Part shown: piece after piece, positions 23,412 to 36,700 of the stretch
Layout of the letters: each line of letters opens with the position of its first letter
Position numbering within the stretch: the stretch's first letter is position 1
From: Podarcis pityusensis
Lineage: Eukaryota
NCBI GenBank assembly: GCA_964106645.2
Contig: OZ067045.1
DNA length: 64,000 nt
Direction: 5' to 3' (one strand)
The notes under the pieces: model-generated
Told to the model about the DNA's origin: nothing
The model's database searches: none
The model's input: only the letters and a program-made list of their open reading frames with translations
Program-made: the position numbers and the translations under genes

Positions 23412-26064
23412 AGCCCGAGTGGTGGGCGAACTTGTGTGCCACGCTTAACTGGGTTCCTTCCAGTTTGGCCACTGCTCAGATGCTTGGCCCTTCCCCCAGT
23501 TGTGTGCCTAGAATCATTCCACTGACAGAGGCTCCTTCTCTCCACCCCCTGTAGGGGAGGTCTGAGCCTGGGTAGGGTAGATTGGGGTCAGCCAAGGGGA
23601 GACTCTGAAGGAAGCAGTGACTGTGCTGCTTCTGTGAGGAGAGGAGCAAGGGCTCAACATCCCCCACACCTCACTCAAGCACTTTATTGGACACTTGCTC
23701 ACACATAGCAGGAGGGTGCTTTTACCAGGGCAAGGGAGCAGTGAGGGAGTTTGCCAGGTTTCTTCTGCTCGGGTCCCAAGTTAAGGATTTTTGTCTGGGC
23801 CTCCCAGCAGCCCCTCTCCAGGCACCGAGTCAAGGGAGCCTGGATTTCTCCTCAGGGAGGTAGTATTTGTATGCAATTTCCTCACATGTGTTAGATTGAA
23901 AGGAAATGGTTAATAGTCTGTTAAATTGCAAACCTGGCAATGTGTTGCCTCACAGCTCTGCAGCCAGGTAGAACTCGAATCCCATAGGTGGGAATGGTGT
24001 AGGTGTACGTGTGAGAGGATGTTCTAGCTCTGGCTTCTTCAGCTATCTCCATCCTGCTCTTAAGTCCCCACCTCCATCTTCTAGAAAGGCTGCATCCACT
24101 TCTGTTGCAGATGCCTTAGATGTTCACAGGTAAGCCAGGTCTGAATGGCCTGGGCTGACTAAGGCTTGTCACAGTGGTGGATGCCTCAAGTTACAGCCAG
24201 CTCCTTTGAAAAGTGCAATGCAGTTTGTATATAAGAGCATGCTAGTGCACATACAGACACTCCTGCTTTTCCTTGGGGTGATTAAAGCATTTCCTATTGA
24301 GAGTTTGGAGAGGGGACATTCTGGCCACTGTAACCAGCTTGAATGGCCCCCACTACATGTGTAAGATTTCTTTGGATATTAGAAAAATGTATTCAGGTTC
24401 TTCTGATAAAGATGAAAATTGCTCTTCTGCGTGCACTGGTGACTCAAACAGAATGAAAGAAGATAAAACGTGCAAGTGGTTAACAGTTTTTGAGCCGAGA
24501 AAGCTGTAGAACTGCTTGGGTTCAAGACACTGGCTGAGTACCCTCTCCTGCACTGGTGCCCACAACTCGGCAGGGGCGAGCTCTAGGGCTCTGAATCATA
24601 GCCGTGACTCTGCATCAGTGCCATCCAAGTCCCACTCCAAAATAGCAGCCAGGAAGCTCCTCCCACTGCTCCAAATGGGCAGTCTTGGCTTGTTTCCCTT
24701 GGATGTTTTGTCTACAGTTGTTGCTTTTAGGCCATTGCCAACAGGCATTCCTGGCTCACAACGGGAACTGCTTTCCTGTCTGACCAGCCACCTCATCCAC
24801 TCCAAGCCCTCTCTATATGAAAGGTGGAAGACTTTGCTGTTCTCCTCTGGAAGGCCCGGCACTTTGCACTATTCCGAGCCAGGTTTCCCCGCAAACCACC
24901 CTCTGCCTTCCTTACTTGCTCTTGGGCTCCCCTGGATTGTGTGCTTACTAGACCAACGCTCATTTCCATGTAAATGCTGGCCTTGGTTTCTCCTTTGTCC
25001 TTCAGCTCCCCTGCCGCCAGGGAGGAGATGCCTGCTTCATGCCATTAGGGCAGAGTGCCCTTCTACTCCCAGGGCTTCATGGGAGCTGGATCACTTGCAC
25101 AGCATCACAGCAGAAGAGCCTGATTGGCCACCTCTTTCATTGGCACCAACTCTGCCCCTCCGTGGCTATTGAGGGTCAGTTCCCCTCAGTTCATCTGGAC
25201 CGCCCAACACTACTGCCACCCTGGTCCAGTGCTGTTTCAGGATAGCTTGCTGCACAGCCCTTAGGGCCCAGGACCAAGTTAGGAATAGAGCTGCAAAATA
25301 TGGAAGTGTCTTTGGGCACTACTCCATCTGGGGCCGCTGGAGGGTTGGGAGAACCAGCTTCCTAGAGCAATAAGCTATTTCTCTCTTGTGACACTACAGC
25401 ACGACCCCTTTCCAGGCCCTAGTAAATATTTGGGAAGGGCTCCCTAATATGCAATATTGTGGGACTGGCAGCTGCACAGCTGTGTCCATTTGGCCATTCC
25501 ATGGGGTAGGATGGGGGCTGCTAAAAGAGACACGTTTCAGTGTGGGTTGCCAAACTAGGGGGTGATGAACTGGGGTCCTGCTTTTCAGAAGGGCACCAAC
25601 CAGATACCCTTTCCAGCTAAAATGTTTCCCGTCCCTTCTTGCCAGCTGTTTCTGTAGCCCTTGCCTGCAAGAGCAAACATCCACTTCTATTAAGTCCCAC
25701 CTCTGCCCAGAAACACTGAGCGATGGCCTGACCCAGTGGCTTGTTGCAGAGAAAGTTCCTTTGCTATATCTCAAGATGCACTGAGGAAGAAAGCAAACGG
25801 AGTCAGCCTGCCACCCTTCAATCCCTTGCATAGCACCTTAGTTGGGGTGGGTCACCTTCCTGTATGCAGCTGGCAAGGGGCGAGTGTGTAGCAACCCTGC
25901 AACCAACACCAGTCATCTTCGCTCCAAAACCCACTGCATCGTATCTCTAAAGCCTTAGGACTAGCCGAGTGCCCAGCCCCTTTTCTCCTACCTGATCTTT
26001 AATGAAGCATTACCAATCTAAGGAGGATAATCTATTTTGTTGTGCTTTTTTTGTACCTGTTTTA

Positions 26065-26070
26065 AATAAA
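26065..26070 (+). terminator. Candidate ATXN1L polyadenylation signal
   Basis: AATAAA in an AU/GU-rich block about 2.65 kb after the stop codon. Confidence 0.5.
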
Positions 26071-27087
26071 TCAATTTGTACTGTATATTTGTATTTTGGG
26101 TGAGATCCTTTTTCCTGTTTTACCATTTAAAGTCTCTGTACACACAGATTGTATTTTTATTGTTAATGCTCTTATGAATACTGCATTTAACTTGTTGACT
26201 TATGTAAACAGTATATATACATATATCTATATCTATATATATATCTATATAATTATAAGCCAATAGCTTTTCCTTTGATGTGTCTGTGTCTTGCTTGTCT
26301 CCTGGAGAAAATTTTGGCAGAAATACCAAAGCTCATAAAGGAAACTTCCTTACATTCATACAATGGTCACTAAAGCCCCAATTAGCAATGTTCACACTGG
26401 CACAAATACCTCTGTTCTGTTGTGTAAAAAATTTAACAGGCTGCACATAGGTTTTATGATTTAAGATTAATAGAACAGAACAGACCTGGCTAACAAGACA
26501 GAGATAACTTCACCTCGCTTGTGCAGCCAAGTCTCTCCCTTTTACCTAGTTTGGAAGTTGGGCAAGAGACGACACAGGCTGCTGACCAAGAAAAGAAATA
26601 TACCCCTCAGCAGGGTCTTCCTCTAGCCTTTGTTTAGAAGTCTGCCTTTCACTGGTGCTCCTTCCACCACCATCTCTCTACGCACAAAGGCAAGAAGAGC
26701 AGCAGCACTCAAATCTAGGACCTTTCTTCCTCCCCAACACATATCCCCCCAGAATGTCAAATTCTTCCACAAACCTCCCATTTGGTGCTGCTGTACCTAA
26801 GTCTAGCAGCCACTATGATTAGGCCTAATACACCCCTGTGGGTAACTTGTGAGGCTCCAAGCCGTATTATACACCTCCCTCTTCAGGACTCCACCTTCTT
26901 TGCTAGTCCCCACTTAAGAGCTCCAGCGTGATGTAGTAAGGGGCAGGCTACAGAACTGCAAAGTTCCAGCTGGATCTTGCCCAGCAAGGAAGCAAGCTGG
27001 GCAAGGCAGAAGCAGCAGCTGCCTCTCAAGCTGCTGCAGTGAATTGGCCAAGCCCAAGAGGCACAGACTGAGGACATGTACAATTAA

Positions 27088-27093
27088 TTTATT
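27088..27093 (-). terminator. Candidate ZNF821 polyadenylation signal
   Basis: AATAAA on the minus strand about 140 nt after the ZNF821 stop. Confidence 0.55.
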
Positions 27094-27230
27094 TCTGATC
27101 ACAGCCAGTGCGCCCGCCCCTTCCTCCCTCCCTGCCCCTCTCAGACCGTTGTCACACTCCAGTTCCATGCTTCACTGGCGGAGCAAGTGGGGCCTCAGCA
27201 GACAAGAGCAGGTCCTCCTTTTTACCCTCC

Positions 27231-30200
27231 TCAGTGCAGGGCACTGGGACTCGGCTCCTCAAAGGCCATTTTACCAAGCAGCTGCCCCTCAAGCTCTAGC
27301 CCACCCACTGGCAGTGGGAAGAAGTTCATCTCGGCTGCCAATGCAGCCATGGCTGAGGGGTCCTGGCCAAACTGTGCCCGCAGCATCATGTCCATTTTCT
27401 CCAGCCGCCGCTTTAGCCTCTTGGCTTCACGCTCCCGGATGAGCCGAGCCTGCCGCTTTTCAGGGGTCTCGTTGGCCCGCTTGAGGCGCATCGCTTCACG
27501 GTCCCGCTGCAGGCGGCGCGCACGCTGCTCGTCCGTCTCCTGCATACGCTGCAGCCGCTTGGCCTCTCGATCCCTCATGCGCCTCACCTCCCGCTCCTCC
27601 GGCGTCTCGTTGTCTCGACGGCTCTTCTTAGCTGTGCGCTCTCGCTCCAGGCGCTGCAGCCGCACCTCCAGGGGCTCGTTCTGCCTTCGCAAGGCCCACT
27701 TGCGAACCCCTGGAGCTTGAGCTTCCAGAAGCTTGCGGTAGGCCACGCAGCTGTTGCACACCAGGAGGATGCCAGCAGGATACACTGTGGGGCTGACAGC
27801 AGCAGCAGCACCACCACCTGCTTTTTCCTCAGCACCAGAAGAAGCCTCAGGGAGGGGAATGGGCAGGGCATCTCCACACAGCACCTCTGACACCTTCTCA
27901 CTGTGAAAGTCAAAGAGTAGAAATGACGGGTGGTCGGCACAGATCTTAAGAAACCATTGTGTAGGTTTGCAAGCTACTGCCTTAGCTGTAACCCTCCCCC
28001 TCCCTCTGGCCATGCTTACAAGCCACCCCACCCACATGAATGCTGGCCTGCAGAATGCTTCTGGCTGGGGTCACCTATTCCAGCTGCCTCCAGAAATTGC
28101 CAGGTATAACCTCCATTGCTTCCATTGAACAGGGCCCCTCCAGGACTTCCAAAATGCGGCCTGGGCCACGTGGTCCCAGTCCCACCGTCAGAGATGCCCA
28201 CTTCTCACCTGTTGAAAGTAGCATGGCTGGTGAAGCGAGCCCCACACACCGCACAGTTGGACAGTTGGTCCTCGGAGTGGATGAGGAGGTGCCTGCCCAA
28301 GGAGCCCGGGGAGCTGAGTGCTCGGCCACAGACGGGACACAGGTAGCTCTTGGCACTGACCACAGCTGCCGTATGCTGCAAACGAGGCCGGGCTGTGAGG
28401 CAAGGGCTCCGCTGCCCTGTCCCCCTCTCAGCTGTCCCTATGAGGGCTGGCAGCCAAGGCCAAGCCACGGAAGAGCTCCCTCTTCTGTTAGGGAAAGAAG
28501 GAGAGAGACCCGCAAGGCCTTCCCTGGGATGTGGTGCAAACCCACCAGGGGGGATGATTCAAATTGCATCCAATGCCAACAGCCCCTGCCCCCATCCCCA
28601 CCCTTTCCCAGTCCAGGATTACTAATTTCAGCCTGGAAGGAAAGGGGGAGCCAGGGCAGGGATGGTTTAGCCTTGCGTGATGGTCTCATCAAAGCCCCCT
28701 CTAAGTACCTGATAGACGTGAGTGACAAGCTGCTCCCTGCTTCCACACTCTAGCTGGCAGAGGGGACAACGGGAGAGTCCCATCAGGGTATCTGGGCTGG
28801 CATTTAAACCCATCTGCAAGCAAGGAAAGGCAGGCTAAGGAAAGAGCAGAGGACAAGACCCATGCCTGGTATTCTGCCACACGCATACACATACCCCTCC
28901 CCCCCAACTAATGCTGCACCAGACCTTTTAAGACCATGTTGACGGATTCTCTACAATGTAAGATTAGCCCTGCGCAATCAGATTGAGGGTCTACCTAGTT
29001 GTGTATTGTATTTCTAACACACAGCAGCCAACCAAATGCCTCTTCTGGGAAGCCCAGAATGAGATGACAACAGCTCTATCACTCCCCTTTCCCCCATTAC
29101 TATTAGGGAACTCTAATGCCAAAAAGTCCAGACCCAATCACTTGAGCTTGCTGTAGTGATCACTTGGACACATCAATGGACCAGGCCCAGGAATCCCAGA
29201 GTGGGCTATACAGTCCTCTTTCTCCATGCTAGGGCCATCCAAGAGTCTGCTATTGCTATTCTCCTTCCACCGAGTAACCACAGCAGTGTTGCACTTTTGC
29301 TTTAGTATGTGTGCCAATGTGATGCACTTGCCTCATGGCCTCGAGCGACCTGCTTGCTGCAGCCCAGCTGCTCAGTAAGTTCCAGTTCCTTTTTCACTGT
29401 CGCTGATGCTCCGTCCTCCTCAGAAGCATGGGAGGAGACCTCATCTTGTGTTGTCTCATCCCCCTCGCTATCACCTGGAATACAGAACAGCTTTAGGCCT
29501 CTGCCACAAACCAGCTGACAGGATTCCAAAGCAGCATGCAGGTGTTTGGTCTCTCCCAGGTGTCCCAGAGCTGCCCATCGTGTACAAGATGGGGAAACTC
29601 ACTGTTGTTGCTGCTGCTGCTGCTACTGCTGCTGCTGGAGTCCTTTTCTTGTGGTGGAGGTGGCAGCTGCTGCATGAGTGGTGACTGGGCTCCAAGCAGC
29701 CCAGGGAAGTCTCTTCGCATCATGGCCTGACGTGTGTGCTCTTCTAACCCAGCAAAGACTTGCTCCCCTGGAAGTACAATGGGGGAGGAAGAAGCCGCAT
29801 TAGACCATTGCCCTTCCCAAGCCCAGTCATTCCTTGCCCCCTCCTCAGATGCCCAGTGATGGTCTCCCCTACCTGAAGATGGCCCAGAATGGGACTAATG
29901 CCTGGGCTCCATTCCCCAAAACAGCTTTCCCCAAACCCTTCCTGCAAAGCAACGGTGGCCTGACCAATCCGTCCCTTCACATCCTTTCCAACATGACCTG
30001 GAAATACAAATGTCTTCAGCAGCATTAAGCACACAGGGAGGGCTCTTGCCTGCCCTGGCTCCGCCCTAGAATTTGCATGTGCTCTCCCACCCCCAGGGCC
30101 CATATTTTGGAAGAGCTTGTCCTGCCATACAGGTTCTCCTCCAGGGGTAAAGCTGTTACATGTGTGTAAAAGATGCTTTAGTATAGGCAATAGCAATCCT

Positions 30201-30837
30201 ACTTATCTACTTTTGCAAGCCAAATTTGTGGTGGGAGACTTCTTCTGTGGATTTTGTAGTCCAGGTTTAGTTATCTGCTTTAGTTCCTCCTTGATACGTT
30301 TTCTCTTAAGTTGTGCAAAGTGGGCAGTGCTTGCCTGAAATTGCCAGACTCTTTCCTGGGCCTTTGCTATTTCAATTCTGATCCTAAAGCTGCACAATGA
30401 GGAACAGGGGACTTCCAGGCACCATTGTGCAAGGGAGACTAGCCAGCCATTCCCAACTAGTGCTGAAAAGCTGTTCATTTGCAGAAGAAACATCAGTGGG
30501 TAAGGTGGCCCAATGAGAGACAGAATGCCACTAGAATGGCGGAGAGGGGTTCTGAGCCCCCAGAGTACCTAAGGAGCCCTTAGGCTCCAAGAGGTGGTAC
30601 GTGGACATGTCTCAGCTCAGCCAACAAATCCTCGATGCTGGGCAGGGAGTCCCCACCAGGCTATGGGAGAAGAATGCAGCAAATAGTGGAGGGGAGGGCT
30701 GTCCCCCCCATCATTTTGCGGATGAGGATGCCTCGCTTAAGCGGGGGAAGGGGGGGAAGGTGGAAGTGACAACAGCCCCCCTCCCCTTATTACTCACAGT
30801 GGACTTTATTGGGGGTGGTCTGTTTCCGACGGGACAT
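27231..30837 (-). CDS. ZNF821: Zinc finger protein 821 (429 aa), copy 1
   Basis: Exons 30798-30837 (MSRRKQTTPNKVH), 29603-29767, 29332-29474 (GC donor), 28709-28813, 28209-28375 (C2H2 CPVCGRALSSPGSLGRHLLIH), 27231-27900 (ETPEEREVRRMRDREAKR repeats). Phases are consistent and total 1290 nt. Confidence 0.96.
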
Positions 30838-30839
30838 GG

Positions 30840-32600
30840 TTCCCCCCCCGGGGGGGGCGCACCTGCGGAAAGAAGAGCCCTGTCACCATGCGGGGGATGA
30901 CCAGGGTAGGCGAGCGGGGGGCGTTTAGAGATCAGCCCCCACCCCGCGCTCGAAAGGAGGCTGCCGCCGCCTCGGCCCTTACCTGACTCCGTCGCCCGGC
31001 CTGGACTCGCCCAGCAGCGCTGCAGGAGGACAAAGGGCCGCCCGGGCTGGCAGACAGACAGACAGAGGAAGATGGCGGCACGGCGGGAGCGCCCGGCTCG
31101 TGCACGGCGGGACCGACGGACAGACAGGCGGACGGGGGCGCGCTGCGCTGGAGCCCTCCCCTCCCCTCCGAGCGGAGCGCGCCTCCTGTCTGGCAGCAGG
31201 GGCGCCGATCCCGAGGCCGGCGCAGGCGCTCAGCCGGGAGGGGGTCCCGCAGCCATCAGGCCGGCGCCTCCGGGGGCTTCACGCACCCAGACCAGCCAGC
31301 AGGGCCAGAGTTGTGTCCTTCGGCGCTCTCCACGGGCCCAGCTACCGAGGAGGAGGAGCAGGAGCAACTGCTGCTGCTGCAACCCGCCTCCCTTGCCCCG
31401 AGTCGCCTCCTTCCACGGGGCCGCTTCTCCTCTTGTCGGAGCGGCGGCGGCGCGGTGCTAGTGGCGGGGCTGCCGCCGTCCCCGCCTCTTTTCAAGCCAC
31501 GAGCAGGGGGACCCGATTGACGCCCCCGCCATGCCCTGCAAGGCGCCCGGCCATTCACGCGAGCGCCCCTACAGCGGGAGGGCTCCAGTCTGCCGCGCGA
31601 CGCCCCCGGGGATGGGAAGCAGCTCGGAGGGAGGGGGGCAGTGGGCGGGGCCGCCGCCTCTTCCTCCTCCTTCTCCGACGTCGTACCCGACGAGGTCGGA
31701 ACTCTCCAGCCGCGGTTGAGGGCTATGGAGGGACCTCAATGAAGGTAACGCTCGCTTTAGGAAGTACGACTTTTATTGAGGTCCCTCTTTCTCCGGAGAG
31801 AGATCCCTCCGCCGGTAAAGTAGTTCCGTACCAACACAAAGCGCCCCGTGCGTCGCTGCACTGTATCTTGGAGAAGCCGCGTCGCAGACAGAGGGCCGGA
31901 CGCTGCTAAGAATTACGACTATTGCTTTTGCTACTGTCGCTGTCGCGCACCTCCTCCTCCTGAAAAGCAGAGAAGAGACATATCCCTCCGCCTGCCCAGC
32001 TGAGGCTGGACCGTGACGCCGCCGACGCCACCTTCGCTGCCTGCCGGGACAGACGGAGACAAAAAGACTCCCCCCCCCCCGCCCCCGGGTAAGGCCGTCC
32101 CGGCTGAACGCCTTCGCTCAGCTCTGCGTTTTCCGGGGAGCGGGGCCGTTGCCCTCCTTGGACGACTCGAGGTCCTGGTTCCCGCCGCCCTCACAAGCCT
32201 CCCCCGCCTTCCCGGTCGCCTTTCGCCCGACGAACGGGCCGAGGCAGGGAAGGGCCCCGGGAAAGGCGAGAGAGGCCCGGAGGGGCCGCCGCCTGAAGCT
32301 GCCTTCGGCCAGCCGGTGGCGGGAGGCGCGGGCGAAGAAGAGGCGCTTCCTGGTCCGCGGCTGGCGGGCTCGGCCTCTGCCCAGCCTGACCGCTCGCCTT
32401 CCCTTCCGGCTCTTGCTCCTGCCGCTGGCCGGGAATGGCTCCTCCTTGGGGCCTGTAGCACATCGAAACCGGCTGTCTGGGCCACGGGTCGGGCGGCGCT
32501 GGTGTTTCGCCTTTGGGGTCTCTGAACCCGGAGCGGGCAGCTGCCTGTGTCTAGCCGAAAGCGAAGCCGTTGCCGGAAGAAGAGTTGAGAATTGCCTTCG
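30840..32600. promoter_or_regulatory. CpG island, bidirectional ZNF821/IST1 promoter with 5'UTR exons
   Basis: Very GC/CpG rich. ZNF821 non-coding exon ~30983-31019 (-); IST1 exon 1 donor GTAAGG at 32089 (+). Confidence 0.8.
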
Positions 32601-33269
32601 TGCCTCTGTAGTTCAACTACTTGCAAACTCCCCCACCCTCTTGGAGCAAATCCTCCACCAGCTCCCACATAGGTGGGAGCTGAGCTCTCTACCGCTTCCA
32701 GTGCTGAAAAGCGGGGCAGGTTTGTCCTCCAGGGATTGAAACTGGTTAAAGAGATCCAAGGTTGTGAGCTGCCCCTTGTGCTGTATATGGTTGGGCTTGG
32801 CTGATCAAATCATGTACAAAAGGGGGGGAAACCAGAAATCTGTTGCTTGCACAGATGAAAGTGCTCTACACATACATACAGACAAAAACACACACACACA
32901 AAGCATTTCTTAAATAGGTTTTGGCATACTGTACTATTACACACACTTGAGTCTGTATGGGCTCTGTTTAAAAATGGCTGGCATTTATAGTCTATTCAAA
33001 CATTTATTCTTGCTGTATACAAAAATTCGCATTAAAATTACTTATATTTGCTTGTTTGCTTTATTATATATTTGCAGCGGAGATAAAGCATTACAGCTCG
33101 CAACCTTTCCACATTCAAACCAATCCAGATCCTGAGATCTGAGACCATTCACTGTCTGCCTCTCCAAAAGATGTTCAGCAGGTAGCAACAAGAGAACAGA
33201 TCCCCCCCCCCCCGTTCCAGTTGTGAAATGCTCCAGCACCAAGCAACAAATAAATTGATTAATTTAAAA

Positions 33270-33460
33270 AATGTCCAGTAGCACCTTAGAGGCTACCTAA
33301 GTTTGTTCTGGGTATAAGCTTTTGTGCACATGCACACTTCTTCAGATACCTACGAAACCTTATATGCAGAACAAACTTAGCTGGTCTCTAAGGTGCTTCT
33401 GGACAATTTTTTTATTTTATTTTGACTGCGTTAGACCAACACAGCTACCTACCTGAATCT
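33270..33460. mobile_element. Penelope-like non-autonomous remnant (inverted structure)
   Basis: tgtccagtagcaccttaga...cttcttcagatac...tctaaggtgcttctggaca inverted repeat; related piece at 34020-34092. Confidence 0.6.
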
Positions 33461-33793
33461 AGAACCATGCAAAAAAGTTATTCTCAGCATTTGGACAGCG
33501 CTGATGATTGAGATTTTTGAGAATACTGGTGTCCTGCTTGTGTAGAGCAGGGAATACTGTGTTTAGATTAATTTTTGAGCACTTTTGGTGTTTTATATTT
33601 GTATCACTTTTTTGAATTTTAAATGTATTTTTTATTTTATTCTAAATAACTCTGGAATGGCTCTGAATGTGCAAAGCAATATATAAATATTACAAGTAGA
33701 ATATATCTACACAGGAAACTGCTAGCTGTCTGCCTTTAACACACATGACAGTAGGCTTTTTCTCTCTTGTATTCTTGGCAGGAATTCTACACC

Positions 33794-36700
33794 ATGTTAG
33801 GCTCTGGGTTCAAGGCCGAGCGCTTGCGAGTCAACCTACGTCTTGTCATCAATCGCCTCAAACTGTTGGAGAAAAAGAAAAGTGAGTGGACTTTCCTACC
33901 TAATTCCTTGACCTCATCACCAGAGCAGTGATTCAGGAGGTTTCTGGTAGTCGTGGTGTCCCAGAACACCATGTGCAGGCTATAAATTAAGAGATGCTTA
34001 ATTTGTAGCCTGCACATGTTGTTTCAGTGTATCTGAAGAAGTGTGCATGCACACGAAAGCTTATACTACTCAGTTGGTCTCTAGGGTGCTACATTATAAT
34101 TTTTAAATTCTTTTGGAAGGATTCTTTTAAAGACTTTCTTAGGTCATATAACTTTTTTGAAGACTTGATTTTTTAAAGGGAGTTTTTAGGTTTTTAAGAA
34201 GAGTCTTTTTAACTATCTTTTAAAAGAATTGTTTTAATTTATTTTGACATGTCAGAGTGTAAGTGTGGAATTGCTTGTGTGTGTGTACTGTATTTCAAAG
34301 ATGCTGAGAATTGTGGTCATTGGGATGGGGGGGTGGATTCTGTGAAGAGTTCTTAGGTTTGTGGACTTGTGTCCAGTTCTAGCCCCACTATACTCATTGA
34401 ATGGACATGGTTACTTAATTTCAATATGTCTATTCTGAGTATACCATATTTTTCACCCTATAGGACGCACCGTCCCATAAGGCGCACCTAGTTCTTTGGG
34501 GGGGAAATAAAGGGGGGGGGAATTATTTCCCCCCCAGGTGCGGGGCTGGGGCGGGGGAAGCCCGAGCTTCCCCCGACCCCAGCCCCCAGAACAGGCAACT
34601 CTTCGCAAGCTGTGGGAGCCCGGCACTGGGCTCCCATGCTTTGCGGAGAGCTGCGCGAAGCCTGGAGAGCGAGAGGGGTCAGTGCGCACCGACCCCTCTT
34701 GCTCTCCAGGCTTCAGCGAAAGATACGGTAACTTAGTTGGAGACAACCCACAGTCCTTCTTGGTGGAGCCCCTCTCTTTGCATACACAAACACCCCAGGC
34801 AGGGCCAGGGCAGGCTTGTGGGCCTCCCCTGCTGCCCCATGATGAACCCTTTTCTTGCAGCTGAGCTAGCCCAGAAGGCACGGAAGGAAATTGCTGACTA
34901 CCTGTCTGCTGGCAAAGATGAGCGGGCTCGCATCCGTGTGGAGCACATCATCCGGGAGGACTACTTGGTGGAGGCCATGGAGATCCTGGAGCTCTACTGT
35001 GACTTGCTTCTGGCACGCTTTGGCCTCATACAATCTATGAAGTAAGGTCTTGGCCTATGGGGAAGAGGGTGCTGGGTGCCTGCCACGTGTCCCCTCCCCT
35101 CGGTCTGCTAGGTCTGGGACCTATTTGTCCTCCTTGTCTTTCAACTACTTGTTCACTCTTGCCTTACTTTGTGTCCCTTCAGGGAGCTGGACTCTGGCCT
35201 GGCAGAAGCTGTCTCCACCCTCATCTGGGCTGCCCCCCGACTGCAAGCGGAGGTGGCTGAGCTGAAAATGGTGAGTGGTGCCAGTTGTGTCTTGGCAGGC
35301 TGCTCAGCCTTCCTGGACATCTGGGGGCAGCAGTTGGGAAAAGACTTTGATCTATCCTCACAGGATGCTCAGAGAACTTGGTGACTTTCTTGTTTGATCT
35401 GGGAGTTTAGGTTGGCTCCAGTCTCCAAACCCCTGAACCTTTTGTCCAGGGGTGCTGCGATAGTTGCTGTGCCCTGTCTTAAATAGAGGGGAGTCAGTGG
35501 TGCCTGGACTCTGTTTTGAGTGTGCCATTTCCATACTAGGTTGCTGACCAGCTCTGTGCCAAGTACAGCAAAGAGTATGGCAAGTTGTGCCGAAGCAACC
35601 AGATTGGGACCGTCAATGACAGGGTGAGTGGAATGGGAAGGGCATCATGGGGGTGAGATGGCGGTAAGGCTCTCAGGAGCTACTAACCACAATGGCTACG
35701 TCTTCCTCTGCTGTCAGAAGTGATCTGCTCCTGAAGTCAGTTGCTGGGAATCGCAGGTGAAGAAGAGCACTGCTGCTGCTCCACTCAGGGGCTTCTTGTT
35801 GGGGCATCTGTTTGGCCACTGTGAGGACAGGATGCTGGGCTAGACAGGCTGATCCAGCAGGCTGTTCTTATGGGAGGGAACGATATCAGTGCTTCATAAA
35901 GATGAGTTGTTTGCAGCAGGTGGTCCTGCCTGTGGTGCTTCACCAGGCAAGGTAGAAACTTATCTTTTTTCTGGCTTGGATATCTCTTAGCTAGGTAAGT
36001 GTTCTTGACCTGCCCAGCTCAGTGAAGGGCTCACTCTTCCCTCCCTCCCTTCCAGCTGATGCACAAGTTGAGCGTAGAGGCACCTCCCAAAATCCTAGTG
36101 GAGAGGTACCTGATTGAGATCGCAAAGAACTACAACGTGCCCTATGAGCCAGACTCTGTTGTCATGGTGAGTGACTGGGAGGCGGTTCCACTCTCAATTC
36201 CCTCAGTAGCAGCTCCCTTTCCCACATGTGACATCAGCTTCTTCCTCTTCCCAGGCTGAGGCTCCCGCAGGCGTGGAAGCTGACCTGATTGATGTGGGAT
36301 TCGTGGATGATACAAAGAAAGGTGGCCATGGAGGTGGTGGTGGCGGCGGCTTCATGACCCCAATGGCTGGTCCTGATGGAGTTGTGCCAATGCCAATGCC
36401 TATGCCCATGCCGTCTCCAGCTCCCCCTTTTGCATACCCACCTCCAAAGGGACCAGTAAGTCCTATGTCTTGCTTGAAACAGGAGGGGAGTCTGTAAAGT
36501 TGGGATTGGGGGTGGTAGTGGGGGGGGGGGAGGAAAGGATAGCAGTCTACTGTGGTGAGTTAGCATCTGAGCACACCTCACTACCTGCTGTGTGAACAAG
36601 GTTTTCCATCTGTTCTGGCAGGTATTGCCTATCTGATTATGCCATTAGAAAGGGGTGCTGGTCTGACTTAACAATTTCTCCCTTTAGGAGCACTTCAACG

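Noticed and set aside
22676-23545. 289-aa antisense ORF
   Set aside because: Shadow of the ATXN1L coding sequence, with no recognisable domain.
24516-25172. 218-aa ORF in the ATXN1L 3'UTR
   Set aside because: Non-ATG start, no homology, no coding-like composition.
31072-32739. Several long overlapping ORFs
   Set aside because: Stop-codon depletion in a CpG island; low-complexity Arg/Gly/Pro/Ala translations.
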